A stretch of DNA of 64,000 nucleotides from Azolla caroliniana (taxonomy: Eukaryota; Plantae; Polypodiophyta): NCBI GenBank assembly GCA_043228905.1, contig JBHGNT010000014.1:12524001-12588000 (forward strand), in the 5' to 3' direction. Made by a program: the position numbers and the translations under genes. The notes under the pieces are model-generated. The model searched no databases, was not told the DNA's origin, and saw only the letters and a list, made by a program, of their open reading frames with translations. Position 1 is the stretch's first letter. Each line of letters starts with the position of its first letter. Positions 61,019 to 64,000 of the stretch are shown piece after piece.

Positions 61019-61944
61019 GTTGCACACTATGTGGAAATTATATTTTTGTCCCTCCGGATAGAGAATGGAGTGCTCGGTGAGAACCGGAAGAAAACGGCAT
61101 ACCGGCAAGGAGGAAAAACGGCATGCCGGCAAGGAGGAAAACGGCATACCGGCAAGGAGGAAAACGGCATACCGGCAAGGAAGAGCCGGATAAAGAGACA
61201 TAAATGCAAAAAGAAAGGAAATACTCACTACTGCGCAGGGCGTGATTCGAACTCTGCACCTTCACGTTGACAAACCCCAACCTTACCATTACATTAAATT
61301 ATCTTAAGTGTTTTAAATATAGATTTAATATGTATAAGACCTTTATTTATGCATACCTTTATTAAAAGGTAAATCGTGTATTTTTTTAATATATGAAAAA
61401 GACGAGACACTAAAAATAACTCATGCACATCTAGCGTGCATGAGCCCTATACTTAGGAAATAAAAAAGCATCACATGCACATTTAGTGGACATGAACACT
61501 TTTTGTAAAAATAAAAAAGCATGAAGCCATGCTTAGCTCTTCCTTCCTTATATAAGGAGGAGAGAAATATGTAAAGGGTTGTTGATTATTTGGATTAAGA
61601 ATTAATCAATACAAAATTTATTCGTGGGATTCACGATTTATACATCTACTTCTCTCTTAACACCCTAAGTACCAATTAATATAGTATACTCGTGTGATTC
61701 ACGAGTTTCTTATCTTTCTCTTTGCTATTTACTCATAATTAATCTCTATCTCACGAACTTCTTTCTCCTAGTCCAAGACCTCTGTGGTTCCCACCCGACT
61801 CACGCAACGATCCGGAGCCGAAAGGCACGACAACGGACTAGTCGCAGCAGCCATCAACGGAGCAACAACAGCAGCAACAACAACCACAACAACCAATTCC
61901 AGATGAACCATTGGAGACTCTCGAACAAAGCATTCTGGATAACA

Positions 61945-63197
61945 AGGCACTCATCATTGACATCTTTGGGGAGCCTCCGCATATGCGGCAAGCACGTCTT
62001 CTTCTGGTCCATGCCATCTATCATTAAGCACATGTATTGTTCGGGCCTCTTCAAACACTTCTCTCTATGATGCATCGCCTTCTTTCGTTCTAATGATTAT
62101 GCCTCATGATGCTCTTGTAGTAACTTCTTACTCATATCCTTTTCCATTGATGTCTTTGCACCTTTAACCAAACTTTTAAGATTTGCACAAATGGAGCAAT
62201 ACCCCATACGTACTTTACGAGGAATGATAACATTTGAAAACCGAGCTCTCCATAATCTTGTGAATTGGCTATAGGTGATAGACTTATTACGTTAGCCCAG
62301 CATATCAGATCGATAGACATCATAAACTTCCCGACGTGTATAATTATCAGAAAGGTGCATCCTACCTGTAGTGGGCATTACTTCACAATTTAACTGAAAG
62401 TAAGTTTTCATCCAACCAATAGCATGTCTTCCAATTGCACCTTTCATACTTGGAACCTCTTTACAATTGAGCATCTGATCCCCGCTAAGTAGACGTTGTT
62501 GTACTCTATGTAGCCGCATGTTACTAACACAGAACGCAATTTTGAATGCAACTCTACATATTTGTTGCGCATGGAAGATATAATACTCGAATGATACTTT
62601 GATCCCCGTACATTTGTCAAATACTAGTTGCATATGTGACCCGAGGTAAGTGTCTTGCTCATCACCAGTCATCGAAAAATAGTATCTCCTTAATTCTCGC
62701 AACTTTGATTTTCCAATCATAGACATACAACCACGGGCACAACATAGTTTTTTGACATCAAATCCAATCTGTTTAGCTGATGTCACCAAGCTAAATCTAG
62801 CCAAAGGAATTCTTCGTGGGATTCTTCTAATATGCATAGGGCTCCCAGATTTCTCTTCCTGCATAGAGGTTGGTGTAACCTTGTTACAATCTAATTCTTT
62901 GTTGTGACCATCGCCAATGTTATTCAATGTTTCCTTGGCACTACCTTCATTCTCCGTATCTTTATTAATATCGTATTCTTCAATAGAGAACTCTTCACAT
63001 GTGTCATTATTTACATTCCCTATAGGTGAAGATGAGTTGAGACAATATTCTTCGATAGAATATGGTGAGTCTGTCGACAAACAATATTCTTCAATAGAAT
63101 ATGGTGAGTCTATCGACAAACAATACTCTTCAATAGAAAACGATGAGTCTGATGACAAACAATATTCTTCAATCAAGAACGGTGAATCTTCACTCAT
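61945..63197 (-). pseudogene. 3'-truncated DDE/RNase H-fold transposase-like gene (DUF7869-type; superfamily uncertain)
   Basis: One frame with two TAA stops: CCARGC, CRVAF, SQFTRLW..F, CSIC, IDGMDQKKTCLPH. Confidence 0.7.
63028..63188 (-). repeat. Four 39-bp coding repeats (DSPxSIEEYCLSx)
   Basis: Visible in ORF 62292-63197; a fifth partial copy reads FSIEEY. Confidence 0.9.
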
Positions 63198-64000
63198 GGC
63201 TTAAGGTCTAGATGGGGCTCTGCAAGTTATGTGCTTAGGGTAAGGCAAAAAACTAATAAGCTCCTCTCTAAACATAAACTTCTCTCTAAACAAAAGCCAA
63301 ATCAATAGAATGTCTATATTATTTAATATTATATTAATACAATACATAAAAAATTTATTTTTAATATAGTAATTGTATTTAAAATATCAGTAATTATTTA
63401 AACTACATCTATATGAAGTTAAATCAAGTATAATATAACTCTAATCATTACCAAGCCATAAATATTTTGGATTAATGTTAAAATCATTGGCTAATTAATG
63501 GCACCCATATTTGATATAGAACCTCTCACTCATTGGTTCTTTAATGCTCACCATTTTAAATATTAGACTTATCAATCATTGGTTAATTCATGCCCACATC
63601 TTTAATACACAGCATTTGAGAGTCATAAAAATTGTTGCTTTTAGTAATCAATCATTGGTACATTCATGAACCTCTATCATTGTCTCCTTCATGACCTTTG
63701 AAGTCATTGCAAGTTGTTATGACTACAAAAGATTGATCAATATGTTAGTTTGACTTTGTAATCATTAATGCAATCATAAGTTACTCTAGTTAATGTGACT
63801 GTGGTTACCAACTAACTATCCTCAAACTTACCAACCTTGGTTAAGGTGACTATGGTTACTTTAACCAATGTGGTCAATCCCTATAAATAGGAAGACCTCG
63901 TCATATTTCACTCACAAGAGCACACAAGAGCATACAAGAGCACACAGAGCACACAAAGCACGAAGCACGAAAGCGCGATCTCCGCCTCCACTGCCACACG

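Larger units (their letters stand above)
54497..61832 (+). mobile_element. Apparently intact non-chromovirus Ty3/Gypsy element (Phygy-like, inferred)
   Basis: LTRs 54497-55338 and 61006-61832 differ by a 15-bp repeat unit. TSD ACGG. tRNA-Trp PBS at 55343-55359; PPT at 60994-61005. Both ORFs are uninterrupted. Confidence 0.98.
53404..61945 (+). mobile_element. Truncated LTR element (LTR 53404-53838, Arg-like PBS, acidic/Gln-rich gag-like ORF) hosting the intact Gypsy
   Basis: TGTTA...TAACA ends; PBS TGGCGACCACGACGGGA at 53846-53862. ORF 54043-54496 continues as a Gln-rich frame after 61836. Confidence 0.65.

Noticed and set aside
63770-64000. TATA box (CTATAAATA) and CACAAGAG repeats at the window end
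   Set aside because: Probably the start of another LTR or promoter, but it is cut by the window edge and cannot be assigned.

Overview
This is a eukaryotic, plant-type heterochromatic window with no host protein-coding gene that I can recognise. It is probably from a moss; that is inferred from the element lineages. It is almost entirely nested transposable elements. It holds several Ty1/Copia elements and two related non-chromovirus Ty3/Gypsy elements with a tRNA-Trp PBS and 4-bp TSDs (8748-15696 decayed; 54497-61832 apparently intact). Related to these are a solo LTR and a tandem of pol-less derivatives. Also present are two chromovirus-type Gypsy elements, L1 and RTE LINE fragments, a non-autonomous hAT element, a TIR element carrying a 1.5-kb foldback, a 5x240-bp array inside a Copia LTR, and a decayed DDE-type transposase. 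The most notable signals are cis-acting. (1) Antisense tRNA-like A-box/B-box modules recur upstream of the TATA box in LTRs of several Gypsy families. (2) Both Trp-PBS elements have a GGAUUUU slippery site plus a covarying H-type pseudoknot placed after the protease. (3) A covarying hairpin sits just upstream of the PPT in four related elements. (4) The 4-bp target sites fit RCGG. All calls come from reading the sequence by eye; no searches were run.
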